Source: an uncultured bacterium (GTDB lineage: Bacteria; Desulfobacterota_D; UBA1144; Nemesobacterales; UBA2774). From it: 64,000 nucleotides of DNA. Each line of letters begins with the position of its first letter. The first letter of the stretch is position 1. The stretch covers positions 736,001 through 800,000 of the forward strand of contig CAWGRW010000009.1 in the NCBI GenBank assembly GCA_963825135.1, given 5' to 3'. The notes under the pieces were generated by a model. It searched no databases and was not told the DNA's origin. It was given only the letters and a program-made list of their open reading frames with translations. Position numbers and translations under genes: made by a program. Below, in pieces: positions 20,194-29,814 of this stretch.

Positions 20194-20892
20194 TTATTCA
20201 ATCTCGGCTTCATGCGCCGTGGCAAGAGATATGTATATCGCCGACAGCACCGTAAATATAAACGCCTGAAGAAAAGATACAAATATACCCAAACCGATAA
20301 ATATGGCGGGGATTATATAGTGCACCAGATTAGTGAATACTCCCAGTATCAGGTGATCTCCCGTTATGTTCATGAAAAGCCTGAGCGACAGCGATACGGG
20401 GCGGACGAAATGACTGATCACCTCGATTATGAACATCAGCGGAGCCAGGAAAACCACCGGACCAGCAAAATGCTTTAAATAACCGAGCCCGTTTTCCTTA
20501 AACCCGTAGAAGTTATACATTACGAATATAACGAGCGCGCAGGCAACGGGCACGTTAAAGTTCCCGGTCGGAGGCAGGAAGCCCGGGATTATCCCCAGGA
20601 AATTCGCGAACAAAATGAAGAAAAAAGAGGCTCCAAGGATAGGGAAATATTTCTTCGCGTTTTCCTTCGAGCCGAGCATGTTCGTGAACAAATCGAATAG
20701 AAAATCAATGGTGAGTATTTCGAATATGGTCCTGATCGAGAACTTCTCGTCAGGCAAAACAGAATCTTCCCTGGAAAGAGCTTTCTTTATCGAGAGCCCG
20801 GCCAGGGTCAGAAGAATAAGTACCAGTATCGAACCGAGTATATAGTCGTACTGTCCGAGTCCCATCAAAGAAAACCAGCTAAAGTGTTCCAT
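20194..20892 (-). CDS. atpB: ATP synthase F0 subunit a
   Basis: N..G.IPG..PPT, RPVSLSLRLFMN, LQAFIF..L...Y. Confidence 0.96.
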   Translation of the reverse strand: MEHFSWFSLMGLGQYDYILGSILVLILLTLAGLSIKKALSREDSVLPDEKFSIRTIFEILTIDFLFDLFTNMLGSKENAKKYFPILGASFFFILFANFLGIIPGFLPPTGNFNVPVACALVIFVMYNFYGFKENGLGYLKHFAGPVVFLAPLMFIIEVISHFVRPVSLSLRLFMNITGDHLILGVFTNLVHYIIPAIFIGLGIFVSFLQAFIFTVLSAIYISLATAHEAEIE

Positions 20893-21265
20893 CTTTACTC
20901 CCCTTGAGACTCTCTCCGATTATGACGATAACGACCCCGGTGACCCCGATGAAAAACCCGTAAAGGTTCACTTTGGCAAATACGAATAAAGCAGCCACTA
21001 TCGCGATAAATACAGCCATTTTGATTATAAACGCGAATATGCCGAAGCGTTTCGGATAGGAATTCGAGATGAGCGCGTTCACCAGGAACCTGATAGCCAT
21101 GAAATTGGCGGTAAACAGAATGCCCCCAGCCGCCGTACCCACGGCGAGCTCTCTTGAACCGACAAAATAACACACGACCATCAGAATCGACGTAACCGCC
21201 AATCCGCTTCTTTCCACTCGCCCTATGCTCGGTATATTAATTAGACTCGCTGTCCTTTCCGTCAT
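20879..21265 (-). CDS. atpI: ATP synthase protein I (4 TM)
   Basis: 128-aa hydrophobic protein overlapping the atpB start. Confidence 0.8.
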   Translation of the reverse strand: MTERTASLINIPSIGRVERSGLAVTSILMVVCYFVGSRELAVGTAAGGILFTANFMAIRFLVNALISNSYPKRFGIFAFIIKMAVFIAIVAALFVFAKVNLYGFFIGVTGVVIVIIGESLKGSKDGTL

Positions 21266-21479
21266 TTACCCGTTTTATCATCCTCAAAAGAATATTGAAC
21301 CCTGCGAACCCGCCGGCTAATAACCCTATTATCGTAAACCAGGGGGTCTTGGTGCCGACAAGTTTATCCAGATATTGTCCGAGCAGTATCCCGGCTATGA
21401 CCGAGAACCCGAGCTCGAAGCCGATGGCGATAAACGTCAGCCATTTATATTTACCTTCGCTCTTAAAAGTACTCCCCCC
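21237..21479 (-). CDS. atpZ: AtpZ/AtpI-family 2-TM protein (not in the ORF track; no canonical start codon visible)
   Basis: Frame reads FKSEGKYKWLTFIAIGFELGFSVIAGILLGQYLDKLVGTKTPWFTIIGLLAGGFAGFNILLRMIK, with the G..LD...gt.PW family motif, in the expected operon position. Confidence 0.8.
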   Translation of the reverse strand, partial: GGSTFKSEGKYKWLTFIAIGFELGFSVIAGILLGQYLDKLVGTKTPWFTIIGLLAGGFAGFNILLRMIKRVNDGKDSESN

Positions 21480-21487
21480 CTATTGTC

Positions 21488-22777
21488 TTAGACCTCTTTA
21501 AGAGCCTTATACAAAACGTTAAGCGTGCGATTGACATCCTTCTCCGTATGGGCAAGTGAAAGAAAAACCGCCTCAAACTGAGAAGGCGGAAACATAATAC
21601 CAGCCCTGAGTAGATTTTCAAAGAATTTTGCATACTTTTTTGTATCGCTCTTCAGTACGGTCACGTAATCCACGGGATTCGGCGCCGTAAAGAATATAGT
21701 AAACATCGATTCCACGGAGTTGACAGAAACACTGAGTCCCAGCTTTTTAATAATCTCCTTAATACCTTCAACCATTATAAGCGTCAGCTCTCTGAGCCTC
21801 CTGTAATTCCCCCGCTCGTTGAGTTTCTTAAGGGTGGCGAGCCCCGCAGCCATCGCCAGGGGATTGCCGGAAAGCGTCCCGGCTTGGTACATCGGGCCTA
21901 TCGGGGCAACCATGCTCATAATGTCCTTGCGCCCGCCAAACGCCCCCACCGGGAGCCCCCCTCCGATAATCTTCCCAAGGCAGGTAATGTCGGGCGTAAT
22001 CCCGTATTTACTCTGGGCGCCCCCCATACCGAGCCTGAACCCGGTAATAACCTCGTCGAAAATCAGAAGCGAGCCCGAATCCCTCGTAATCCGTCTGAGG
22101 CCCTCCAGGAAACCTTCGGCGGGCGGCACGACCCCCATATTTGCGGCAACGGGCTCGAGAATCACGCCCGCTATCTTATCCCCGTACTTTTGATAAAGCC
22201 GACTTACCGAGTCAAGATCGTTGTATTTCGCCAGCAGAGTCTTTTCAGTAAAAGCCTCCGGAACCCCGGGGCTGCTCGGTGTCCCGAACGTAGTGGCCCC
22301 GGAGCCGGCCTGAACCAGCAGATAATCGGCGTGCCCGTGGTAACACCCCTCGAATTTAACTATGTAGTCCCTTTTCGTATACGCTCGGGCAAGGCGTACC
22401 CCGCTCATGGTGGCTTCAGTGCCGGAGCTCGTCATCCTGACCATATCAATCGAAGGAAAGGATTTAACTATCAGCTTGGCCACCTCTATTTCATTCCTGC
22501 AGGGCGCCCCGTAGCTTGTCCCTTTTTCGGCTGCGTTCTTTACCGCCCTTACCACCTCGGGCGCTGCATGACCGAGAATCAGCGGTCCCCAGGAAGACAT
22601 GTAATCGGTGTATTTATTGCCGTCTTCGTCATAGATGTACTGGCCCTTGGCCCTTGAAATGAAGACGGGGGTGCCTGAAACGGCATTGAATGACCGGACC
22701 GGACTGTTCACACCGCCGGGCATGAGTTTTTCCGCGGTTTTATAAAGCTTTTTCGATTTCGTGAGTCGGAGATTCAT
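21488..22777 (-). CDS. hemL: Glutamate-1-semialdehyde 2,1-aminomutase
   Basis: MPGGVNSPVR, SGTEATM, FEGCYHGH, FDEVITGFR, GKIIGGGLP, YQAGTLSGNP. Confidence 0.97.
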   Translation of the reverse strand: MNLRLTKSKKLYKTAEKLMPGGVNSPVRSFNAVSGTPVFISRAKGQYIYDEDGNKYTDYMSSWGPLILGHAAPEVVRAVKNAAEKGTSYGAPCRNEIEVAKLIVKSFPSIDMVRMTSSGTEATMSGVRLARAYTKRDYIVKFEGCYHGHADYLLVQAGSGATTFGTPSSPGVPEAFTEKTLLAKYNDLDSVSRLYQKYGDKIAGVILEPVAANMGVVPPAEGFLEGLRRITRDSGSLLIFDEVITGFRLGMGGAQSKYGITPDITCLGKIIGGGLPVGAFGGRKDIMSMVAPIGPMYQAGTLSGNPLAMAAGLATLKKLNERGNYRRLRELTLIMVEGIKEIIKKLGLSVSVNSVESMFTIFFTAPNPVDYVTVLKSDTKKYAKFFENLLRAGIMFPPSQFEAVFLSLAHTEKDVNRTLNVLYKALKEV

Positions 22778-22836
22778 ATCCGCAATTAGGAGTGGGAATC
22801 ATAAAACAGCGAGTAGTAAACATGGATTCTTCCGGG

Positions 22837-22850
22837 GTGTCAAGTGACAC
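22837..22850. promoter_or_regulatory. Palindrome GTGTCA-AG-TGACAC overlapping a minus-strand TTGACA upstream of hemL
   Basis: Perfect 6-2-6 inverted repeat seen directly; an operator role is inferred. Confidence 0.4.
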
Positions 22851-22874
22851 TTCCTTCCGACAAACAAATAAGGC

Positions 22875-22910
22875 AAAAAAAAGAGAGAAACCCCGTCAGG
22901 GGTTTCTCTC
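22875..22910 (-). terminator. Rho-independent terminator after the pal-cpoB-OmpA operon
   Basis: GAGAGAAACCCC-GTCA-GGGGTTTCTCTC hairpin with an 8-A run on the plus strand (U-tract on minus). Confidence 0.85.
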
Positions 22911-22993
22911 CGTAATTTACACCTCACCTGTCTCATACTTCAAGAACGATGAGAAACTGTCTTATATTCAAGCGATTAGGTCAAACTTATATT

Positions 22994-23764
22994 TTAGTTT
23001 GCGTACTGAAATATAAGTCTTGCACCTACTTTCGCAGACGGCGATGTTACAACGAAGTGCGCCCTTCTGTTAAGCTGATAGGCTTCTTCCGTTGTTCCCG
23101 CGCCGAACTGTGTTGTTTCGCCGCCGCTTGAAGTTGTTATCCTGGCAGGGTCGATACCCAGCTGGACGAGAAACGCCTTCGTTGAGTCGGCCCTTCTCTG
23201 AGCAAGCTTCAAGTTGTATGCGGGTGTACCTCTGATATCCGCATAACCTTCAATCAATACAGTCAGATTAGCATCTGCCTGTAATGTAGCCGCGTTCTCC
23301 TCGAGCACCGCTGCAGCGTCCGGCCTGACGTTGTACTTATCGAAGTCAAAGAAAATATCTTTGAGCTCAGGTGCGGGCGGCGGGGGTGGCGGGGGTGGCG
23401 GTGGCGGTGGTACTGCACATTTTAATTTCGCTTCGTCTGCCTTTGCCTTGGCATCGATTAGCATTCTGCGAGCTTCAAGCTCACTGCAGAATTCTGACGC
23501 GAGGGCCTTACCCTTAGCTAATGCCGATTCAGCAGCTGCTAGTTCATCTTCACCACAAGGGGCTCCGCAATAATCGCCTCTTGTAGGATCATCACCGCAG
23601 ACTCTCTGCTTACATTGCTCACAAGTAGCTTTTGCCTCAGCTGTTGCCGATTCAGCAGCTGCCAGCTCTTTTGTCGGCGGGGGTGTTGCGCAGCTAGCCA
23701 AATAGAGCAATGCAACGACTAATAAGGGGATACCCAAAAACAGGATTTGCTTATCCCTTTTCAT
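22994..23764 (-). CDS. Pal/OmpA-family lipoprotein with Cys-rich helical N-domain and poly-Pro linker
   Basis: Lipobox LASC, 12 consecutive Pro, IFFDFDK, IEGYADIRGT..YN..LAQRRA, NRRA. Confidence 0.9.
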   Translation of the reverse strand: MKRDKQILFLGIPLLVVALLYLASCATPPPTKELAAAESATAEAKATCEQCKQRVCGDDPTRGDYCGAPCGEDELAAAESALAKGKALASEFCSELEARRMLIDAKAKADEAKLKCAVPPPPPPPPPPPPAPELKDIFFDFDKYNVRPDAAAVLEENAATLQADANLTVLIEGYADIRGTPAYNLKLAQRRADSTKAFLVQLGIDPARITTSSGGETTQFGAGTTEEAYQLNRRAHFVVTSPSAKVGARLIFQYAN

Positions 23765-23824
23765 TCTACTGCACCTCCTTTAAGAGTTTTTTGAGTACTT
23801 AACGAGTACATAATAATAAACAGT

Positions 23825-24562
23825 TTAACGCTCAACTGCAAGCTCCGAAATTTTTTCTTTTGCTGTCTTGGCTTCGTCGGAATTCGGATACTTATCTATC
23901 AGCGTTTGGAAGAACAATTTGGCTTCCTCATTCTTGCCGATTTCGACCAAAGAAAGGCCCTGCTTCAGATAAGCAAGGGGCACTCTTTCGTCTTTGGGAT
24001 AAGTATCTATGAACCTCTGATATTCAAGTATTGATTCCTCAAATTGTCCTTCCCTGTAATAAGATTCGGCAATCCAGTAACTAGCGTCATTCGCCTTGCC
24101 GGATTTGGGGTATTTGGACAAATACTCTTTGAACTTCGTTCTTGAATCGTCGTATTTCCCGTCGCTAAGGTCCGTATACGCCTCATTGAAAATGACTTCA
24201 TCAGTGTTTACGGAAGCCGTCTCAGACGGCATCTGCGTCTGGGAACCGGTCTCGGTAACGGGCGGAGGGGTGGAACCCAGGCTCAGCTGGTTTACCTTGG
24301 ATTCGAGCTTCGAATAAGCCTGGTTTAACTCGTTGATACTGGCCTCAAGCTGATAAACTTTTTCCTGCAGCCCGACATCGGTACCCGTGGCGCTCGCCTC
24401 TTTCTGGCCAACGGCTTCTACCTGATTGGACAGCCTCTCCACCTTGGCTTCGAGCCTGGTTTGGCGGGCATATACGCTGCTCACATCGCCCTGAGTAGCC
24501 ACACAACCAATAGACATAATAGAAGTCACCGCCACCATGATGTTAATCGCTTTAGCATGCAT
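23825..24562 (-). CDS. cpoB: Tol-Pal-associated TPR protein (CpoB/YbgF-like)
   Basis: Lipobox-like SIGC, coiled coil, TPR motifs (YP.S..A..A.YW.AE.YY, A.LK.G); directly after pal. Confidence 0.85.
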   Translation of the reverse strand: MHAKAINIMVAVTSIMSIGCVATQGDVSSVYARQTRLEAKVERLSNQVEAVGQKEASATGTDVGLQEKVYQLEASINELNQAYSKLESKVNQLSLGSTPPPVTETGSQTQMPSETASVNTDEVIFNEAYTDLSDGKYDDSRTKFKEYLSKYPKSGKANDASYWIAESYYREGQFEESILEYQRFIDTYPKDERVPLAYLKQGLSLVEIGKNEEAKLFFQTLIDKYPNSDEAKTAKEKISELAVER

Positions 24563-24571
24563 AGATCATAC

Positions 24572-25270
24572 CTAGAAACTCGGAGAACCGACTGCCGGGA
24601 CAAAATGCGCCCTTCTGTTCTGCTCATAATCATAATCAGTTGTACCCGCAGCAAACTGTTCGGTCTCTCCTTTGCTTATAGGCTGCACCTTAGAAGGCGA
24701 AATCCCTAGCCCTATAAGATAATTGGCCACTGATTCGGCTCTTCTTTGGCCTAAGGCCAGATTATATTCCTCCGTGCCCCTTACGTCACAGTAACCCTCT
24801 ATCACGACGACCTGAAACTTGTCGCCGCTGTTCTTAATTATACTTGCATTTTGGTCAAGTACGGGCTTCGCATCGATTCTTACGGCAGACTGGTCATAAT
24901 CAAAGAAAATATCAACTAACCCGTATTGTGATCCGGCAGGGCTTAAGTCCTGCAGGTTCCCTTCGTCAGCCGTCTTCGCAAAAGCCTGGCTCTTCGCCTT
25001 GCCTTCGGCCTCTATAGCCTTGAATCTGGCCTCTTCCAAAAGCTGGCGGGCCGCGTCTTTATTGCCGGCGGCCATCATTTCCTTTGCTTTTTCAATTAGT
25101 TCTTCAGCGGCCTGGTATTCCGGCAAACCCTCTGCGCCCGCATCTTTAGCAGCCTGCAGAGCCGCCTCTGCATCCGCCATTTCCTTATCCAAATTCGAGC
25201 CGCAACCAACAGCAAACACTAGCGTAAATATAAAGCAAATACTCAAAGCCCTTAACCACTGCCTTTCCAT
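24572..25270 (-). CDS. pal: Pal-like lipoprotein with a helical (DUF4398-like) N-domain
   Basis: Lipobox AVGC; IFFDYDQS, IEGYCDVRGTEEYNLALGQRRA, SKGE, NRRA. Confidence 0.8.
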   Translation of the reverse strand: MERQWLRALSICFIFTLVFAVGCGSNLDKEMADAEAALQAAKDAGAEGLPEYQAAEELIEKAKEMMAAGNKDAARQLLEEARFKAIEAEGKAKSQAFAKTADEGNLQDLSPAGSQYGLVDIFFDYDQSAVRIDAKPVLDQNASIIKNSGDKFQVVVIEGYCDVRGTEEYNLALGQRRAESVANYLIGLGISPSKVQPISKGETEQFAAGTTDYDYEQNRRAHFVPAVGSPSF

Positions 25271-25449
25271 TAAGCTCCTCCTGATTGTAATGAAACTTAT
25301 ACCTGAGATAATTACATTATTTTGGTTGTTAAGTCAAGAGATTTTAATCAAAAATGCGTTAAATCTCAAATAAAAATGGAGAATTTTTAAACCAAATAAT
25401 CGCTACCAAAATCAATTCCGGGATGATATTATTAAAATGAGAGGAACAA

Positions 25450-26238
25450 ATGACCAATCCCATAGCCTCCAGGTCGCTTTTTTGGTTTTTCCTATTTGCC
25501 CAGACGCTCTTCATAACGGGCATCATCGAATCAGGTTATTGCGGAACGATAAACAACGACGAGGTGCTCCTGCCCTCAACTCCTCTAAACGACTCGGTAT
25601 TTGTAGATTTAACGGACGATCGCAGGCCGGATATCGTTCTGGAAAAGGAGGCGGACAGAAAGTCGCTCGCGGACTTTGGGGATTTTCTGCAAAACACGCG
25701 CAATGTTTATTTCACCATATGGCTCATACGAATAGCCCAGGTAAACATGTTCGATGTTAACAATAGGGAGCAGCAAATAATAATAAACCCTCTCAGGTGG
25801 TGGAAGGATTTTCTTGGGTTCCAGAACGACGGACGGAGAAGGGGGGATTTCGAGTGGAAGGACGGTGACAGATTTCAAACAAACTGGATCGCCCATCCGG
25901 CATTCGGCGCTTATACATACCTCTATTACAGGGCCAAAGGATACGACCGTCTCACATCCGCCTTTGGATCGGTCGTCCAGAGCACGCTGTTTGAATACAC
26001 GATTGAGGGGGTTATACAATCGCCATCGATACACGACATGGTTATTACGCCGGGAATCGGCGTTCCGGCCGGCATAGTCCTCGAAGAGTCGTCCAATTGG
26101 CTGTTATCGAGAAACAGCGGATTCTTGAACGCCGTCGGTTATGTGCTAAATCCGATGAGAATAATTATCCCCGACCGGGAAAACGTGAACCTCTCTCCAC
26201 TCGTAAGCGGACAAGTCGTTATAGGGTTTCAATGGTAA
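25450..26238 (+). CDS. DUF3943-like membrane/exported protein
   Basis: WKDGD.F.TN...HP..GA..Y...R, S.LFEY.IE....PS..D...TP..G. Confidence 0.65.
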   Translation: MTNPIASRSLFWFFLFAQTLFITGIIESGYCGTINNDEVLLPSTPLNDSVFVDLTDDRRPDIVLEKEADRKSLADFGDFLQNTRNVYFTIWLIRIAQVNMFDVNNREQQIIINPLRWWKDFLGFQNDGRRRGDFEWKDGDRFQTNWIAHPAFGAYTYLYYRAKGYDRLTSAFGSVVQSTLFEYTIEGVIQSPSIHDMVITPGIGVPAGIVLEESSNWLLSRNSGFLNAVGYVLNPMRIIIPDRENVNLSPLVSGQVVIGFQW

Positions 26239-26320
26239 ATGCGTGCGTTGAGCCGCCATCCCCCTTATCAGATTAAGACGGTCGAATTTACAAATACCAA
26301 AAATAAAACGGTAATATGAG

Positions 26321-26902
26321 ATGAGCGAAGAAGAAGGTCAGGCAGTGGCAGGAGCGTTCTGGTCGCTTTCCCCGGTGGTTGCTATTACCAGCTCCTGGCA
26401 GGGGAAACCAAACGGCCAGATAGCCGTAACCGCGGTCACCTCTTCCATAGTGCATTCCGTGCCGAGGCTCATCGTCGGAATATGGAAGGGCAATTACACA
26501 CACGAATTCATAATAAACAGCAGGGCGTTCACGATTCACCTCCTGAGGCCGGACCAGCTGGGCCTCGTAAGGGACTTCGGTTTCTACACGGGCAGGGAAA
26601 GAGACAAATTCGAGAACGTGCAGTACAGAACGGGCGTTACCGGGAGCCCCGTTCTCAAAGAGGCGCACTCCTATGCGGAGTGCACGGTGATCAACGCGAT
26701 GGACGGAGGGGACATGACCGCTTTCCTCGTGAGCGTCGCGGACGGAGGAATCATGACCAGCGGCCGGTGGATGACGCTCAGCGACTTTTACTCGAACGCT
26801 CCTGCCGAATGGATCGAGGAGTATGGGGAGAAGCTCTCGCGCTCCGTGGCATTTTCTCTCGGCATAATGCACGACATAGACTATTCGCCCTGGAAACCCT
26901 GA
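26321..26902 (+). CDS. Flavin reductase-like FMN-binding protein
   Basis: PVVAIT, NG, P.L.V, F.IHLL, GRERDKF, G.PVL, EC.V, GD.T.F. Confidence 0.85.
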   Translation: MSEEEGQAVAGAFWSLSPVVAITSSWQGKPNGQIAVTAVTSSIVHSVPRLIVGIWKGNYTHEFIINSRAFTIHLLRPDQLGLVRDFGFYTGRERDKFENVQYRTGVTGSPVLKEAHSYAECTVINAMDGGDMTAFLVSVADGGIMTSGRWMTLSDFYSNAPAEWIEEYGEKLSRSVAFSLGIMHDIDYSPWKP

Positions 26903-26973
26903 CACTTTACGGATAGCGCCGGACCGAAAAAAATCCGCCGCCCCAAGGAACCGCTAAAGATTGGAGAATTGTC

Positions 26974-28776
26974 CTAGCGGGGCTCGGGCACAATATCCAT
27001 CGTCATTTTCTTCCCTTTCCTGAGTATCACAAGTTCAATGGCCGCACCCGGCCGGGATTCCCCGAGCGCGTGTAAATAATCATATACGTTCTCAATCCTG
27101 TTCCCGCCTGCCTCTATTATAGTGTCGTATTTCTCAAGTCCCGCTTTATCGGCGGGGCTTCCTTTCGTGACTCCGGCGAGACTCACTCCGCCTTTAAGAC
27201 TCGAATAATCCGGTATCGTTCCCAGATAAACGCGCAGCCCCTGCGGTCCTCCGTATGCACCCGCTCCTCCCGAGAACTCGATTTTCCGCGCCCCGGCGCC
27301 GAGACCGCTGATGAGGTTCACGATGACACGGAGGACCTTTACCTCCCCTTCGGAATTAATCTTCCACCAGTCATCGCCGGGCGTGTGATAGTCCTCATGA
27401 AGCCCCGTAAAAAAGAGGACGGCGGGTATGTTGTCGGTAAAAAACCCCGTCTGGTCGCTCGGTCCAAACGCCGAATCCATATAGCTCAGGTTCAGACCGA
27501 CCCCGGAATTCGCTTTGTTAATCAGCGCCTCCCACTCCCTCGCGGAGCCTGCGCCCATGACCGTGAGTTTGCTATCTCTGAGCCTCCCGATCATATCCAT
27601 ATTTATCATCGCTATGGTATTTTCCTCGGGAAAGACGGGATGGTCTATATAATACGAGGACCCCAGCAGCCCGATCTCCTCCCCGGAAAACGCTACGAAG
27701 AGGAGACTCCTTTTTAAACGGTGCCTCTCGTCGGCAAAATATTCACTCAATTCCAGCAGGCCCGATACGCCGGACGCATTGTCATCGGCCCCGTTATAGA
27801 CCTCGCCCTTGTCCCTGCCCGGGGCCGAATAATCCTCCCCCCTGCCCAAATGGTCGTAATGAGCGCCTATCACTATCACCTCGTTCCTGAGCACGGGGTC
27901 GCTGCCCGGAACAAAGCCCAGCACGTTCGAGCTCTCGCCACGTCGGGCGATAAGCTCAATACGCAACTCAGCTTTAGAATCCGGAATCGTGAACGATGAA
28001 TTCTTGCCGTCGGCAAGCCCCGCCTCCAGCTTATCGAGGTCCCTTCCCGAGCTATGAATTAGTTCGAGCGCCTGCCGCCTTTTTATTATTACCGCTTCTA
28101 TCCCGGAACCCCCGGGCGGCAATTCAAAGGCGACGCCGCTCAGATCGTCTTCCTCGTCGAGAAAAGAAGGCGTAGTAAAAATTATCCCTTTTGCCCCTTT
28201 CTCCTCCGCATTCTCCGCCTTATACCGGAGAGAGGCAAAATCATAAAAATGACTCCCGTAATCCATATTCTTTGGCAAGCGCCTGAGCACGAGGACGACT
28301 TTGCCCTTCACATCCAGCCCTTTATAATCGTCATAGCCTAGCTCGGGGGCGCTGATGCCGTATCCGGCGAATGCCAGCTCTCCCGAAACGTAACCGCTCG
28401 CCGATACAGCCAGCGGAAAAAAATCCCGCCCCAACTCGAACCGCTCTCTGACGCCGTGTATCGTAATTTCAAGCGTATTACGTTTTCCCGGTACTAACCT
28501 CTCGGGGAGCGGGAAATTCTGAAAGTACGTCCCCGCGTCTCCCATGGGCTCGAGACCCGAAGCCTTGAAACCGCCGGCTATATAGCGGGCCGCCGCTAGG
28601 GCGCCCTTTTCACCCGCCATGCGCCCCTCGAGCTCGTCCGAAGACAGGTAGCGAATGTGCGTCATGACCTCGCCCGGGCTTATTTCAGGGCTCATATCGC
28701 CGGCGCGGTGCTCTTCCGCAAATGACACGGGCAGGATTAAGACGGACAGTATCAGGAGCAGGGATAGTATTCGCAT
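26974..28776 (-). CDS. M28-family aminopeptidase with PA and PDZ domains
   Basis: Signal peptide MRILSLLL; GAHYDH, NGADDNASG, GEEIGLLGS, NMDMIGR, DYH; C-terminal PDZ (YLGTIP, GSPADKAGL). Confidence 0.92.
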   Translation of the reverse strand: MRILSLLLILSVLILPVSFAEEHRAGDMSPEISPGEVMTHIRYLSSDELEGRMAGEKGALAAARYIAGGFKASGLEPMGDAGTYFQNFPLPERLVPGKRNTLEITIHGVRERFELGRDFFPLAVSASGYVSGELAFAGYGISAPELGYDDYKGLDVKGKVVLVLRRLPKNMDYGSHFYDFASLRYKAENAEEKGAKGIIFTTPSFLDEEDDLSGVAFELPPGGSGIEAVIIKRRQALELIHSSGRDLDKLEAGLADGKNSSFTIPDSKAELRIELIARRGESSNVLGFVPGSDPVLRNEVIVIGAHYDHLGRGEDYSAPGRDKGEVYNGADDNASGVSGLLELSEYFADERHRLKRSLLFVAFSGEEIGLLGSSYYIDHPVFPEENTIAMINMDMIGRLRDSKLTVMGAGSAREWEALINKANSGVGLNLSYMDSAFGPSDQTGFFTDNIPAVLFFTGLHEDYHTPGDDWWKINSEGEVKVLRVIVNLISGLGAGARKIEFSGGAGAYGGPQGLRVYLGTIPDYSSLKGGVSLAGVTKGSPADKAGLEKYDTIIEAGGNRIENVYDYLHALGESRPGAAIELVILRKGKKMTMDIVPEPR

Positions 28777-28969
28777 TCGTTTATAAACTACCACAGGCGT
28801 CTGCGGAGCGATTATGAATAGAAACAAATCGAGGGCATCGAGATAACGATCCCCGGTCGCCCCTGTCCGGAAGTCCGTATCCCCGCGTTCAGCCACGACC
28901 CGGGCGGTGTTTGCAGACAATTCCAAACCGTGTAAGACTTATCTTCCAATACCGCTTCAGGGAGCATAA

Positions 28970-29734
28970 ATGTACCCCGTATTATTCAGGATAGGCGATA
29001 TATCCGTTTCTTCGTTCTCGGTAATGGTCCTTATAGGATTCCTGGTCGCTTACGTGCTCGGAGAATCCGAATTCAAGCGAAAGGGATTGAACGGCAACCT
29101 CGTCGATTTGCTCCTCATAGCCAGTGTGATAGGCGGACTCGGAGGCGCTAAAATTTTATTCCTCTATCAACAGGTCCCCATAACGGACTTTATCGCCGAT
29201 CCGGTCAGATATCTCGCGTCCGGCTTTACATTCTTCGGGGGGCTCATAGGGGCGTTTATACTCGCGTGGCTCGTGACGCAGATGAAAAGGATCAGTTTTT
29301 TATCCGTCACGGATCTGGCTTGCCCGCTTCTCATCATTGCTTACGCGGTGGGGAGGATCGGATGCCTTCTCGTCGGGGACGACTACGGGATCCCGTCCGA
29401 CCTCCCCTGGGCAATAGCCTTTCCGGAGGGCTCGCCGCCGACCAGCCAAACAGTTCACCCTACGCAGGTGTACGATACGATCTGCATGGTGATTCTATTC
29501 GCCGTGCTCTGGAGCATACGCAAAAAAGAGCTCCCTGCAGGATGGATAACCGCAGTCACGTTTATAGCTCTGGGCGTCCAGCGGTTCCTGGTGGAGTTCC
29601 TGCGGCGTACTACACCCAGCTTCATACCCGGAATATCACAGGCCCAGCTCATCGCAGTCGTCCTGGTCTTAACGGGGATCATAATCCTGTGGAAGGGGAA
29701 AAACAGGGCAGCCGGGCCGGCGTCTGCTCCCTGA
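28970..29734 (+). CDS. lgt: Prolipoprotein diacylglyceryl transferase
   Basis: G..F.GG, GRIGC...GDDYG, PW...FP, HPTQVY, RF.VEF.R. Confidence 0.93.
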   Translation: MYPVLFRIGDISVSSFSVMVLIGFLVAYVLGESEFKRKGLNGNLVDLLLIASVIGGLGGAKILFLYQQVPITDFIADPVRYLASGFTFFGGLIGAFILAWLVTQMKRISFLSVTDLACPLLIIAYAVGRIGCLLVGDDYGIPSDLPWAIAFPEGSPPTSQTVHPTQVYDTICMVILFAVLWSIRKKELPAGWITAVTFIALGVQRFLVEFLRRTTPSFIPGISQAQLIAVVLVLTGIIILWKGKNRAAGPASAP

Positions 29735-29814
29735 CATCACAATTCACCGCTTGGATACCGCTGTTTCAAGTATTGATAAATGCTTTTACTCCGAATATGT
29801 TATGGTAATATTCA

